Made by a program: the position numbers and the translations under genes
Part shown: positions 1 to 9,908 of the stretch, piece after piece
How positions within the stretch are numbered: the stretch's first letter is position 1
Layout: each line of letters starts with the position of its first letter
Assembly: GCA_012513575.1 (NCBI GenBank)
Contig: JAAZBX010000001.1
Location: forward strand, 10,163-74,162
Origin: Candidatus Dojkabacteria bacterium
GTDB lineage: Bacteria; Patescibacteriota; Dojkabacteria; SC72
Direction: 5' to 3'
Length of the DNA: 64,000 bases
Notes under the pieces: generated by a model
Told to the model about the DNA's origin: nothing
The model's input: the letters and a program-made list of their open reading frames with translations, nothing else
Databases searched by the model: none

Positions 1-1
1 G

Positions 2-814
2 AAAACAGAATTGGCAAAAGTACTTTCTGAGGAATTGTTTGGGAATACAGAGAATTTAGTTCAAATTGATATGAGTGAAATGATGGAGATGCATAGTGTT
101 TCGAAATTGATTGGGTCTCCTCCGGGGTATGTTGGTTTTCAACAAGGAGGTTGGTTAACGGAAAGAGTTAGAAGGCATCCACATTCAGTGATTCTTTTTG
201 ACGAGATAGAGAAAGCTCATCCCGATGTTCTAAATATTCTTTTGCAAATCATGGAATACGGCCACCTAATGGATGGTAGGGGGAAGAGAGTAAATTTTAA
301 AAATACGGTAATAATTCTAACCTCTAATATCGGAGCGGAAGAGATTAGAAAGAGCAGGGTTCTTGGATTTTCAGAAGTTAAGGAGAAAGCAGAGAGCAGT
401 ATTAAAGACGAGAGAGAAACCTATAAACATATGAAGGAAACGCTCATGGAAGAGTTAAAAAACACTCTAAGACCCGAATTATTAAACAGGTTGGATGAAG
501 TTGTAATATTTCGTTCCCTAAATAGGGTAGATGCAAGGAAGATAGTAAAACTTCTACTTTTTGATTTAAATAATCGATTAAAGGAGGAGAAAATTCTTGT
601 AAAATTGAATTCACAGGCCATTAGCTACATAGTAAAGGAGTCTTTTAGTGACGAATATGGAGCAAGGCCGTTGAGAAGATTTTTACAGGATAAGGTCGAG
701 AATCTTCTTGCTGACTATATTCTCCACAAAGGAGATGGTACAAATAAAGGGGAATTAGTGGAAGTATCAATTGGATTAGAGGATAATAACTTAGTAATAT
801 TAAAGAAAAAATAG
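2..814 (+). CDS. clpC: ATP-dependent Clp protease ATPase subunit ClpC/ClpB-like, C-terminal (D2 AAA+) fragment; 5' end lies outside the window
   Basis: The frame is open from base 2. The translation 'KTELAKVLSEELFG...DMSEMMEMHSVSKLIGSPPGYVGFQQGG...ILFDEIEKAHPDVLNILLQIMEYG' is the conserved ClpA/B/C D2 sensor and ClpB_D2-small region. Confidence 0.85.
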   Translation, partial: KTELAKVLSEELFGNTENLVQIDMSEMMEMHSVSKLIGSPPGYVGFQQGGWLTERVRRHPHSVILFDEIEKAHPDVLNILLQIMEYGHLMDGRGKRVNFKNTVIILTSNIGAEEIRKSRVLGFSEVKEKAESSIKDERETYKHMKETLMEELKNTLRPELLNRLDEVVIFRSLNRVDARKIVKLLLFDLNNRLKEEKILVKLNSQAISYIVKESFSDEYGARPLRRFLQDKVENLLADYILHKGDGTNKGELVEVSIGLEDNNLVILKKK

Positions 815-2161
815 ATGAAATATGTTTGCAATGCATGTAATTCAGAATTCCTAAGATGGGCAGGCAAATGCCCCTCATGTGGGGAGTGGGGTTCTCTCGA
901 AGAGGTCGAAGAATCTTCTTTGCCAATTTCTCAAACTGAAAAGAAGGTTGTACCTTCAAAGTATAGTAAAATCACGGAATTCTCAAAAAATAAGAAAAGT
1001 AATACATCCAAAGGTAGGATAACAACTGGTTCTTTTGAATTCGATCGAGTTTTGGGGAAGGGTATTGTTCCAGGAGAAGTAATTCTACTAAGTGGAGAAC
1101 CCGGAGTAGGGAAATCAACACTTTTGATGAAGATTGTTTTAAATTTCTGCGAGAAGGGCAAGGTTCTATATGTTTGTGGAGAAGAATCACCTTCTCAATT
1201 GATGGAAAGGCTTGATAGGTTAACAGTAAAAAAAGAATACAACAGAGACAATTTTATTGTTACAGAGGATACAACTGTTGAAAATGTAGTTGCTTTAATA
1301 GAGGGGGGTAATTTTGAGCTTGTAGTAGTAGATTCAATTCAAAGTATGCAGTCTATTCAATCCAAAGGTTTCCCAGGGAGTATTGGGCAAGTTCGTCTTT
1401 GTGGTGCATTGCTAACAAGAGCAGCCAAAAGAACAGGTATTCCAATTTTTGTTGTTGGGCAAATAAATAAGAGTGGAGATGTCGCTGGACCAAAAGTATT
1501 AGAACACGTTGTTGATTGTGTTTTGTATATGGAAGGAGATCAGTATAATCAGTACAGAATAATTAGAAGCATGAAAAACCGTTTCGGCTCAACGAATGAG
1601 ATTGGTGTATTCGAGATGCTAGGGAATGGTCTAAATGAAGTAAAAAATCCATCATTGCTTTTTCTAGAATCTTCCGAAGAATCTTCTGGGAGTGCAATTA
1701 GTGCCGTAATTCAGGGTTCTAGAGTAGTATTTGTTGAAGTTCAAGCTCTTGTTGTCGAGAGGGAAAGTGAGGTGGGTCCGTTGAGAAGAGTTGCGAATGG
1801 AATAAAGAAACCACGGTTGGATATGCTCTGTGCTGTAATGTCTAGAAAAGGTAAGCTATTTTTGGGAAATAAGGATGTATTTGTTAATGTTGTTGGAGGT
1901 CTTACTGTGAGCGACCCATCAATAGATTTGGCGATTTGCGCTGCGATCAAGTCTTCAGTAATGGACAAACCTCTCTCAAAGAATGTTCTGTATGTTGGTG
2001 AGGTTGGATTAACAGGTGAGGTTAGGGGAACTTGGGGGGTGGAGTCAATTATAAAAGAGGCTGAAAGAAGTGGATATTCAGACTTATTAGTTGGTCGAAT
2101 GAAAGTAGGTGCTAATGAAAAGGTAAATGTAAAAAAAATATATAAAGTATCTACTCTTTAA
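815..2161 (+). CDS. radA: DNA repair protein RadA/Sms
   Basis: N-terminal C4 zinc finger (CNACNSEF...CPSCGEW). RecA-like Walker A 'GEPGVGKST'. Lon-protease-like C-terminal domain. Confidence 0.9.
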   Translation: MKYVCNACNSEFLRWAGKCPSCGEWGSLEEVEESSLPISQTEKKVVPSKYSKITEFSKNKKSNTSKGRITTGSFEFDRVLGKGIVPGEVILLSGEPGVGKSTLLMKIVLNFCEKGKVLYVCGEESPSQLMERLDRLTVKKEYNRDNFIVTEDTTVENVVALIEGGNFELVVVDSIQSMQSIQSKGFPGSIGQVRLCGALLTRAAKRTGIPIFVVGQINKSGDVAGPKVLEHVVDCVLYMEGDQYNQYRIIRSMKNRFGSTNEIGVFEMLGNGLNEVKNPSLLFLESSEESSGSAISAVIQGSRVVFVEVQALVVERESEVGPLRRVANGIKKPRLDMLCAVMSRKGKLFLGNKDVFVNVVGGLTVSDPSIDLAICAAIKSSVMDKPLSKNVLYVGEVGLTGEVRGTWGVESIIKEAERSGYSDLLVGRMKVGANEKVNVKKIYKVSTL

Positions 2162-2182
2162 CTAATTTAATAAACAATTTAA

Positions 2183-2518
2183 ATGGGGACAGAAAAAATT
2201 TTTCAAGAGAATAATCTTCAATTAATAGAGGATTATGATGAAGTTTTAGAAGGAAGGGAGCTGATTCTTTTTGAAGATTACCAACTTATGCGTAAGCAAT
2301 TAAAAAGAAAAGAGGTATTGGCAGCATATTTTGTTTTTCAATCAGAAGAGGATGATTTGGCAATAGCTATAAACAGCCCAGAGCAATTTGATACAGTTGT
2401 GGCAGTAGTAAATAAAGATAAAGAAACAATGGAAAGATATATGCAAGATTCTAAATATCGAAGTGATATTGTTTTTAGGGAAGTTTCATTTTTTGCAATT
2501 GACTATTTATTGAATTAA
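2183..2518 (+). CDS. hypothetical protein (111 aa), acidic
   Basis: ORF with ATG start in a compact gene array. I do not recognise any motif. Confidence 0.4.
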   Translation: MGTEKIFQENNLQLIEDYDEVLEGRELILFEDYQLMRKQLKRKEVLAAYFVFQSEEDDLAIAINSPEQFDTVVAVVNKDKETMERYMQDSKYRSDIVFREVSFFAIDYLLN

Positions 2519-2919
2519 GGCCCTTATGGTAGGCACCTTAAAACATCTTCGCTTGTTGTTGTCCACACCCAGCGTAACAGAGTGGGATATCAACAGGTTT
2601 TCGTAACTTCATGTGCAGCCCACTTGGGATATGGTGCTCTGGTGCTAAGAAACATAAAGAAGTACACAATGTGGAGAAAGTTTATGGGCTTGACAACTAT
2701 GACTATAAGGAGTATACTTCTGTTACAGTTCTTTACAAGGTTGTGGATATCTTAGGTTTCTCCCTTTGTCTGGGGTGTTACAAGCACAACTGGGCAACAG
2801 GAAAAGCCTAAGATTTTTTACCTTTTTCTCATTTTTGTTTAACTATATAAACCAAAATAAGAAGAGGGGAAACATCCTGTATGTTACTCGAAACTGTTCC
2901 TTATTTAGGAATAGAACCC

Positions 2920-2958
2920 GGGGTCGGTTGGGGCAGTACCGATCCCTTCTTCTTTTTT
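2920..2958 (+). terminator. intrinsic terminator-like hairpin (9-bp GC stem GGGGTCGGT/ACCGATCCC, 9-nt loop) followed by a T-run, about 105 nt upstream of the rho start
   Basis: Read directly: GGGGTCGGT tggggcagt ACCGATCCC then TTCTTCTTTTTT. Confidence 0.55.
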
Positions 2959-3064
2959 CATATTTGATATTTAAAGAAGTTGACATAGTTTCTGTATTTC
3001 AATATACTTTTGTATCTGATATGAATAAATGCCTCATATCTATATAAATTTCCTTTTTTGATAG

Positions 3065-4333
3065 ATGGTAAAAAAATCAAGTAAAACTATTAAAGATTAC
3101 GAAGCAATGACTTTAGCCGATATCCGTGCTGAAGCTCAAGAGATTAAATTGGAAAACTTCATGGAGTTACCTAAACGAGAATTAATTATTGAAATTCTTA
3201 AAAAGAATTCAAATAATGAAGGTTTTGTTGAAGTAAGTGGAATCCTTGAAGTTATGAAGGATGCATCTCATGGGATATTAAGAACAGAAGATCTTTTGCC
3301 TGGCGATAATGATGTGTATATCTCTGGCTCGCAGATTCAGAAGTTCAGTCTAAGGACAGGGGATGAAGTAACGGGTCCTGCTAGACTTCCAAAAGACAAA
3401 GAGAAGTATTTAAGTCTTCTAAGAGTCGATACAGTATATGGGAAGCCTGCAGCAGAAGCAGCTAAAAGACCAAATTTTAGGAAATTAACACCAATATTTC
3501 CAAATAAGCAAATTAAATTAGAGACAGATCAAGATGTTATATCTACAAGAATGATTGACTTGCTTTCTCCAATTGGTTTTGGTCAGAGATCTATGGTAGT
3601 TTCTCCTCCTAAAGCAGGAAAAACATGGCTTTTGAAAGATATTGCAAACGGAATTGCTAAGAATCATCCAAAGGCAAAATTAATTGTTGTATTGGTTGGT
3701 GAAAGACCTGAAGAGGTTACTGATATGAAAAGGTTTGTTAAGGGAGAAGTGTATGCATCGAACTTTGATGAACTTCCACAGCACAACTGTAGCGTGGCGG
3801 AGATGGCACTTCAGAAAGCTATGCGAATGGTTGAATGGGGAGAGGATGTCATTATCCTAATGGATAGTATTACAAGACTAGCAAGGGCATACAATATTAC
3901 TATGCCAACATCGGGAAAAACATTATCTGGTGGTTTCGATCCAGTTGCTTTGTATCCCCCTAAGAGGTTCTTTGGGGCAGCTAGAAACTTTGAAGAAAGT
4001 GGAAGTCTCACGATAATTGCAACCGCTCTTGTTGATACAGGTAGCAGAATGGACGATCTAGTTTATGAAGAATTTAAGGGTACTGGGAATATGGAACTTC
4101 ATTTAGATAGATCATTAGCAAACAAGAGAGTTTACCCTTCCATAGATGTAAACAACTCTGGTACAAGAAATGAAGAGCTATTGCTTGGAAAAGAAGTGTT
4201 AAATCAATCATGGAGAATCAGAAGAATGCTTGAATTCTTAGATAGTAATGAAAATCCAACAGAGGTATTGATAGATAGACTCAAGAAAACAAAGAATAAT
4301 GAAGAATTTCTTGCAACATTGCACGAAGCTTAG
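3065..4333 (+). CDS. rho: transcription termination factor Rho
   Basis: Rho_N domain at the N-terminus. Walker A 'PPKAGKT'. Typical RecA-like Rho C-terminal core. 422 aa. Confidence 0.92.
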   Translation: MVKKSSKTIKDYEAMTLADIRAEAQEIKLENFMELPKRELIIEILKKNSNNEGFVEVSGILEVMKDASHGILRTEDLLPGDNDVYISGSQIQKFSLRTGDEVTGPARLPKDKEKYLSLLRVDTVYGKPAAEAAKRPNFRKLTPIFPNKQIKLETDQDVISTRMIDLLSPIGFGQRSMVVSPPKAGKTWLLKDIANGIAKNHPKAKLIVVLVGERPEEVTDMKRFVKGEVYASNFDELPQHNCSVAEMALQKAMRMVEWGEDVIILMDSITRLARAYNITMPTSGKTLSGGFDPVALYPPKRFFGAARNFEESGSLTIIATALVDTGSRMDDLVYEEFKGTGNMELHLDRSLANKRVYPSIDVNNSGTRNEELLLGKEVLNQSWRIRRMLEFLDSNENPTEVLIDRLKKTKNNEEFLATLHEA

Positions 4334-4378
4334 TTATGATATAATACAGTTTAGAACTATTTAACACTAAATAGCTTT

Positions 4379-5707
4379 GTGAACAACAATGATTTCCAAC
4401 AAAATAAGAATATTCCAGGATTAAGCTTTAAAAGTATTAGTCCCTTAAAGATTTTTGATGATGAAAATCTCTTTGTTGATGATGAAATAGTTGGAAATCA
4501 ATTTATTCGTGATATAAAAAGGAAATTCTCAAATTTTTATTCAAGACAGAAATCAAAAAATAATTTAATAGAATTTATTCTAGCAATAATAGAGTATATA
4601 TTCTCGAGATTGCAGGTATTTTTCATATTAATCTCTGTTCTTTTTGATATTCTTTTTCAATCATTTAATTCAAAAAAGAACTCTTTTGCTACAAAAATGT
4701 TTTGGGGTAGAGGAAATTTTCTTTCTTCTGCATTTAAGGTTCTATTAGTATCAGTCGTTTTCATAATTGCAATTACATATCTATACAGGAAACCCGTTGT
4801 TAGTGCTGCAGGAGATCAGATGCTGGATACAATAGGCGTAGCTCAAACTGATTTAGTAGTTATGAATGCAAGTGTAAATACTGTTACACCTAAGGATCGT
4901 CCGAGAAGATACCCTGAGGAATATATTGTAAAGAGAGGGGATTCCTTAGCTAGTATTGCTTCCCTCTATGATTTAGATGTTAAGACAATTATGTGGGCAA
5001 ATAATATTGCAAATGTTAATTCATTGAAACTAGGTCAAACTTTAGAAATTCCTCCAAGAGATGGAGTCGTTGTTACTATTAAAAAGGGAGATACTGTTGA
5101 ATCATTAGCAAAAAAATATTCAGCAGAAGCCGCAGATATTGTAGACCATAACTGGCTAGAGAGTCCTTTTACATTGGTTGAAGGTTCTGAATTGTTTATC
5201 CCAAATGGTATCATAAAAGAGACTCCTAAACCTGTATATGCTTCTGCGCCACTTTCTTTGTCAAGAGGTTCTACTTCAATTGGGTATAGTAATGCTCCTG
5301 TTGATCCAAATGTTGGGAAATTCTTAGGTTGGCCGGTAGGTGGCCCAAGCAGAATATCAAGAGGTTTCTTTCCAGGTCACTACGGTATTGATATCTATCC
5401 AACTAACAGGGTAAATCTTCCTGATGTTGTTGCCGCTTCTGCGGGTACAGTTATTAGTACTGGTTGGGGTAGTGGGAAATACAATGGTTTTGGTTACTAT
5501 GCACATGTAGACCATGGGAATGGATACACAACACTTTATGCCCATATGTCGCAAGTATATGTTAGATCTGGTCAGGCAGTTGGTAGGGGTCAATCATTGG
5601 GAAAGATTGGTGCTACTGGTGTAGCTTTTGGAATTCATGTTCACTTTGAATTAAGAAGAGGTGCCGAATTGAGTGGAAGAATTAATCCTGCACCATATAT
5701 GCAGTAG
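4379..5707 (+). CDS. LysM-domain murein endopeptidase (peptidase M23 family) with N-terminal membrane anchor
   Basis: Two LysM repeats ('VKRGDSLASIASLYDLDVKTIMWANNI', 'KKGDTVESLAKKYSA'). C-terminal M23 motifs ('HYGIDIY', 'HVDHGNGYTTLYAHM', 'GIHVHFEL'). GTG start. Confidence 0.85.
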   Translation: MNNNDFQQNKNIPGLSFKSISPLKIFDDENLFVDDEIVGNQFIRDIKRKFSNFYSRQKSKNNLIEFILAIIEYIFSRLQVFFILISVLFDILFQSFNSKKNSFATKMFWGRGNFLSSAFKVLLVSVVFIIAITYLYRKPVVSAAGDQMLDTIGVAQTDLVVMNASVNTVTPKDRPRRYPEEYIVKRGDSLASIASLYDLDVKTIMWANNIANVNSLKLGQTLEIPPRDGVVVTIKKGDTVESLAKKYSAEAADIVDHNWLESPFTLVEGSELFIPNGIIKETPKPVYASAPLSLSRGSTSIGYSNAPVDPNVGKFLGWPVGGPSRISRGFFPGHYGIDIYPTNRVNLPDVVAASAGTVISTGWGSGKYNGFGYYAHVDHGNGYTTLYAHMSQVYVRSGQAVGRGQSLGKIGATGVAFGIHVHFELRRGAELSGRINPAPYMQ

Positions 5708-5708
5708 G

Positions 5709-5780
5709 GGGCTCATAGCTTAGTTGGTAGAGCATCGCATTCGCATTGCGAAGGCGCCAGTTCGATTCTGGCTGGGTCCA
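5709..5780 (+). tRNA. tRNA-Ala (anticodon CGC)
   Basis: Hand-folded cloverleaf. Acceptor GGGCUCA/UGGGUCC with the G3:U70 Ala identity pair. Anticodon loop UUCGCAU. T-loop TTCGATT. Confidence 0.8.
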
Positions 5781-5809
5781 CTTGAAATTTGGTATAATGT
5801 CAGGTTTCT

Positions 5810-5883
5810 GGGCCTGTAGCTCATTTGGTTAGAGCACTTCGCTGGCAGCGAAGGGGTGAGGGGTTCGAATCCCCTCAGGTCCA
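5810..5883 (+). tRNA. tRNA-Ala (anticodon GGC), CCA encoded at 5884-5886
   Basis: Acceptor GGGCCUG/CAGGUCC with G3:U70. Anticodon loop CUGGCAG. T-loop TTCGAAT. A TATAAT-like box at 5793-5798 separates the two tRNAs. Confidence 0.85.
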
Positions 5884-5999
5884 CCAAAACAAATGTACAA
5901 AGAAATTCATACATGCTGTTCTTTGTTTCACTGCTTAGTTCCACAAAACACGAAACTGTGTTCTTCCAATATATTTCTTTTTAATGTAAAATCATCCTC

Positions 6000-8429
6000 A
6001 TGATAGAGAAGTACAACCCTCAGGAAATAGAAAAAAAATGGCAAGAAAAATGGTATTCCTCCGATGTGTATAGAGCAAGGGACTTTGATGTAAATAGAGA
6101 AAAATACTATCTATTAGCCGAGTTTCCATACCCCTCTGGTGATTCTATGCACATGGGTCATGCTCGTAACTATACCGAAATGGATTCCTTGGCAAGATTA
6201 AGAAGGATGTTAGGTCAAAATGTACTGTATCCAATGGGTTGGGATGCTTTTGGTTTGCCAACAGAAAACTATGCGATAAAGATGAAAAGACCTCCACAAG
6301 AGATTACAAAAGAGAATATTGCTGCTTTTACAAGACAATTAAAAGCAATGGGATTCTCTTTTGATTGGAGTAGAGAGATAAATACAACAGATTCGGGATA
6401 TTACAAATGGACACAATGGATTTTTCTTCAACTGTATAAAAAGGGCCTTGCCTACAAGGCGGAAATGCCTATCAATTGGTGTCCTAAATGTAAGGTAGGT
6501 TGTGCAAACGAAGAAGTTATTGATGGGAAGCATGAAAGGTGTGGAACTGAAGTAACTAAGAAGAAATTGAATCAATGGGTTTTAAAAATTACTGAATATG
6601 CAGATCGTCTTGCAGACGAATTAGACGAAACAGATTATTGGGAGAGTGTAAAAGCAAGACAAAGAAATTGGATTGGAAGGAAGGTGTGGTATGACATTGA
6701 GTATCCAGTAGAAGGTACGAATGTTAAACTAAAGGTATCAACTACAAGGCCAGATACTCAATTTGGCTCAACTTTTGTAGTGATTGCTCCTGATGCAGAA
6801 ATTGTTGATCTTCTTTTAAAATATATCCCAGCAGAGAAGAGGGATGAGGTGTCAGATTATATAAATGAGTCAAAAAAGAAAACAGAAGAAGAGAGAACAG
6901 CAGGTGAAAAAGAAAAAACGGGCGTAGATACTGGTCTTAGATGTAAAAATAGCATAACGGACAAAAGTCTGCCAATATACCTTGCGGACTTTGTTCTTCC
7001 AACAGTTGGCACTGGTATGGTGGTAGGAGTCCCTGCTCATGATAAAAGGGACTTTGTATTTGCAAAAAAATATTCTCTTCCTATCATTCGAGTAGTTGAA
7101 GGGCCAAATGGAGACAGAGGAGAAATAGATTCTGTTGAAAAGGTATATGAAGATGAAGGATTGATTTTTGACTCTGGATTTATCAATAATCTGGGCAGTG
7201 TAGAAGCTAGAGAGAAGATGGGGGAGTATATTAAGGAAAAAAACATTGGTGAGGTAGTCATAAGGTATAACCTTAGAGATTGGATTTTCTCAAGGCAGCA
7301 TTATTGGGGAGAACCAATTCCAATTGTCCATTGTCCAAAATGTGGTGTTGTTCCGGTTTCCGAAAATCAGTTACCTGTTGAGCTACCAAAAGTTAAGAGT
7401 TATGAACCTACAGATACTGGAGAATCTCCGTTAGCAAATATTAAGGAGTGGGTAAATACTGTTTGTCCTATTTGTAAGGGTGAAGCAAAGAGAGAAACTG
7501 ATACGATGCCAAATTGGGCTGGTTCAAGTTGGTACTTCTTGAGGTACTTAGATCCGAAGAATTCAGAAGCGTTTGCAGATATGGACAAAATGAAATACTG
7601 GATGCCTGTTGATCATTATGAAGGTGGGTCCGAGCATGTTACTTTGCATCTTCTTTATTCCAGATTCTGGTATAAAGTTCTCTCAGATTTAAAACTAGTT
7701 CCAGGTTTGGAGCCATACAAAAAAAGAACAATACATGGAGTTGTTTTAGGAGAAGGTGGTGTCAAAATGTCAAAATCATTGGGAAATGTTATTACACCGG
7801 ATGGATTGCTAGATAGGTATGGAGCTGATGTCACAAGGGCATATTTGATGTTTATGGGTCCCTACGAAGGTGATGTAGTTTGGAGTACTGAAACTATAAA
7901 TGGTGTAAACCGATTTGTAGCAAAATTCTTCGTCTTTTTGCAAAAAGCATGGGAGCAAAGGGACACTAAAGGGGGTGCTAGCAGAGAGGTTGCCAAGCTT
8001 GCCAAGAAGGTTCAAAATGACTTGTTATCATTCAAGTTTAACACAGTTATCTCTTCTTTGATGCAATTTTACAACTCTGTTCAGGGGAAGGTATTTTCAA
8101 CTGAAGATATTGAGAAAATTATTTTAATTGTTTCTCCTATTCTTCCTCACATTGCTGAAGAGCTTTGGTCCCAAACAGGTCATGAATTTAGTGTGCACTC
8201 TCAACACTGGCCAGAAATCGAATCGAACCTTCTAATTGATGATTCTGTTTCTATTCCAGTTCAAATTAATGGCAAAGTTAGAGGTAAGATTCAAATATCT
8301 CCAAGGGCTTCTGAGGGGGAAGTAGTTGAGATTCTCAAGCAGCAAGAATTCTTTGTTAAAGTCTTCGCTTGCAAAGAGCCTAAAAGGATAGTGTATGTCC
8401 CTGGGAAGATAGTAAATATTGTCCAGTAA
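6000..8429 (+). CDS. leuS: leucyl-tRNA synthetase
   Basis: HIGH motif 'HMGHARNYT', KMSKS 'VKMSKSLGN', and the CP1 editing region. 809 aa. Confidence 0.95.
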   Translation: MIEKYNPQEIEKKWQEKWYSSDVYRARDFDVNREKYYLLAEFPYPSGDSMHMGHARNYTEMDSLARLRRMLGQNVLYPMGWDAFGLPTENYAIKMKRPPQEITKENIAAFTRQLKAMGFSFDWSREINTTDSGYYKWTQWIFLQLYKKGLAYKAEMPINWCPKCKVGCANEEVIDGKHERCGTEVTKKKLNQWVLKITEYADRLADELDETDYWESVKARQRNWIGRKVWYDIEYPVEGTNVKLKVSTTRPDTQFGSTFVVIAPDAEIVDLLLKYIPAEKRDEVSDYINESKKKTEEERTAGEKEKTGVDTGLRCKNSITDKSLPIYLADFVLPTVGTGMVVGVPAHDKRDFVFAKKYSLPIIRVVEGPNGDRGEIDSVEKVYEDEGLIFDSGFINNLGSVEAREKMGEYIKEKNIGEVVIRYNLRDWIFSRQHYWGEPIPIVHCPKCGVVPVSENQLPVELPKVKSYEPTDTGESPLANIKEWVNTVCPICKGEAKRETDTMPNWAGSSWYFLRYLDPKNSEAFADMDKMKYWMPVDHYEGGSEHVTLHLLYSRFWYKVLSDLKLVPGLEPYKKRTIHGVVLGEGGVKMSKSLGNVITPDGLLDRYGADVTRAYLMFMGPYEGDVVWSTETINGVNRFVAKFFVFLQKAWEQRDTKGGASREVAKLAKKVQNDLLSFKFNTVISSLMQFYNSVQGKVFSTEDIEKIILIVSPILPHIAEELWSQTGHEFSVHSQHWPEIESNLLIDDSVSIPVQINGKVRGKIQISPRASEGEVVEILKQQEFFVKVFACKEPKRIVYVPGKIVNIVQ

Positions 8430-8499
8430 ATTCAAATAGATATTGATTCATATTAGTTTAAACTGTATCCTATATACATATAAATTTATATTAATCATT

Positions 8500-9132
8500 A
8501 TGGGAGTAATGCTTGATACCCTAAAAGAAAATTCGAAAATTCTTTTGTTATCCATTGGGATTTTAATAGTATCTATTTTAGGCCTAATGCTAACTAAACA
8601 ATCTAATTTATCATCAACATCATTTATGGAAGAAGAAAAACTTGCTAACTTGCCAAATTACTCAGCAACTATTAAGACGAATATGGGTAATATTGAAATA
8701 GACCTTTTTGAAAAAGAGACGCCAAATACTGTTTCAAATTTTGTTAAGTTATCAAATGATAGCTTTTACAACGGTCTTATTTTTCATAGGGTAGTTGAGG
8801 GTTTTGTGATACAGGGTGGAGACCCAAATGGAAATGGAACTGGAGGTCCAGGGTATAAATTTAATGATGAGATTACAGTAAGGAAGTTCACAAGATACTC
8901 CCTTGCCATGGCAAACTCAGGGCCAAATACTAATGGTTCTCAATTTTTCATTACTTTGGGTGACATAGCTGAGGAAAACCTTAGAAATCTTGATGGGGGA
9001 TATACACTGTTTGGAGAGGTAACAGAAGGTACTGAGGTAGTTGACAGTATAGGAAGAGTGCAGGTAGATGAGAATGATAAGCCATTGACTCCTGTTGTGA
9101 TTGAGTCAATTACAATAAAAGAAGAGAAATAG
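8500..9132 (+). CDS. cyclophilin-type peptidyl-prolyl cis-trans isomerase with N-terminal TM anchor
   Basis: Cyclophilin signature 'FHRVVEGFVIQGGDPNGNGTGGPGYKFNDE'. The first ATG in the frame is at 8500; the ORF track's TTG at 8443 would add 19 hydrophobic residues. Confidence 0.85.
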   Translation: MGVMLDTLKENSKILLLSIGILIVSILGLMLTKQSNLSSTSFMEEEKLANLPNYSATIKTNMGNIEIDLFEKETPNTVSNFVKLSNDSFYNGLIFHRVVEGFVIQGGDPNGNGTGGPGYKFNDEITVRKFTRYSLAMANSGPNTNGSQFFITLGDIAEENLRNLDGGYTLFGEVTEGTEVVDSIGRVQVDENDKPLTPVVIESITIKEEK

Positions 9133-9182
9133 AGGTCAAAAGTTAATTGTAAGTTAATATTTGCAATCTAATCTCTTTCTTT

Positions 9183-9908
9183 ATGAAGGGAGAGATTGCA
9201 AAGGAACAAGTCCGAAAATATTTTGTTATTTTTTTCTTTTCTTTTTTTTGTGGAATACTTTCTGATTACTTCATAATTAATAGGTATTTTTTTAATACCC
9301 AAGAAGATTGTCCCCAAGAGAGTGAAACTGTTAATACGAAGCCCTTAATGGTAAGTTCCACAGAAGAAGATAAAAAAGTGATTATTGAACAAACTTGCAA
9401 GGTTCATGTTGATACAAGTGGCGCTGTAAAGCAACCCGGAGTCTTCTGTTTACCAGAAGGATCGATGGTTATAGACGCAATAGGTAAGGCTGGAGGATTT
9501 ACTAATACTGCAGCTTACCGATTCATCTCAAGAAGGATTAACCTCTCACAGTTATTACTCGATAATCAGAAGATATATATACCTTTTGAAGACGAGATGG
9601 AGTGTAAACTAGTAAGTTTCCTACCACAAACAAAAGAAGTTCAGGCAATGATTTCTAACAGTATTGCTTTAACTTATCCGACATCTGAGCTAGATAGTAC
9701 TGAAACAGAAACAGGGGGGGATAGTGCAGGATGTGTGAATATAAATACGGCAACAGCAGAGGAGTTAGATTCTTTGTCGGGAATAGGTGAAGTAATGGCA
9801 AAAAAGATTATAGAGGGTCGGCCATATGAGAAAATTGAAGACTTGCTGAATGTAAGTGGAATAGGAGAATCCCTTTTTGAAAAAATTAAAGAAGAAATAT
9901 GCATTTAA
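9183..9908 (+). CDS. comEA: competence protein ComEA (SLBB domain plus tandem helix-hairpin-helix DNA-binding domain)
   Basis: C-terminal 'NINTATAEELDSLSGIGEVMAKKIIEGRPYEKIEDLLNVSGIGESLFEKI' is a double HhH. An SLBB-like 'VHVDTSGAVKQPGVF...GSMVIDAIGKAGGFT' precedes it. Confidence 0.85.
   Translation: MKGEIAKEQVRKYFVIFFFSFFCGILSDYFIINRYFFNTQEDCPQESETVNTKPLMVSSTEEDKKVIIEQTCKVHVDTSGAVKQPGVFCLPEGSMVIDAIGKAGGFTNTAAYRFISRRINLSQLLLDNQKIYIPFEDEMECKLVSFLPQTKEVQAMISNSIALTYPTSELDSTETETGGDSAGCVNINTATAEELDSLSGIGEVMAKKIIEGRPYEKIEDLLNVSGIGESLFEKIKEEICI

Noticed and set aside
2611-3047. Two small ORFs (66 and 93 aa) in the rho leader
   Set aside because: They overlap each other, have no SD, and have odd composition. 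The region is better explained as a non-coding leader ending in a terminator hairpin. It was checked by eye for RNase P RNA (an 'AGAACCCGG' P4-like string at 2913) but no complementary P4 5' strand exists, so RNase P was rejected.
5720-5944. Minus-strand 74-aa ORF over the tRNA-Ala pair
   Set aside because: It is entirely antisense to two tRNAs and is spurious.
8443-8499. TTG start extending the PPIase by 19 residues
   Set aside because: An in-frame ATG at 8500 gives a normal signal-anchor plus cyclophilin. The TTG extension is hydrophobic junk located 14 nt after the leuS stop.
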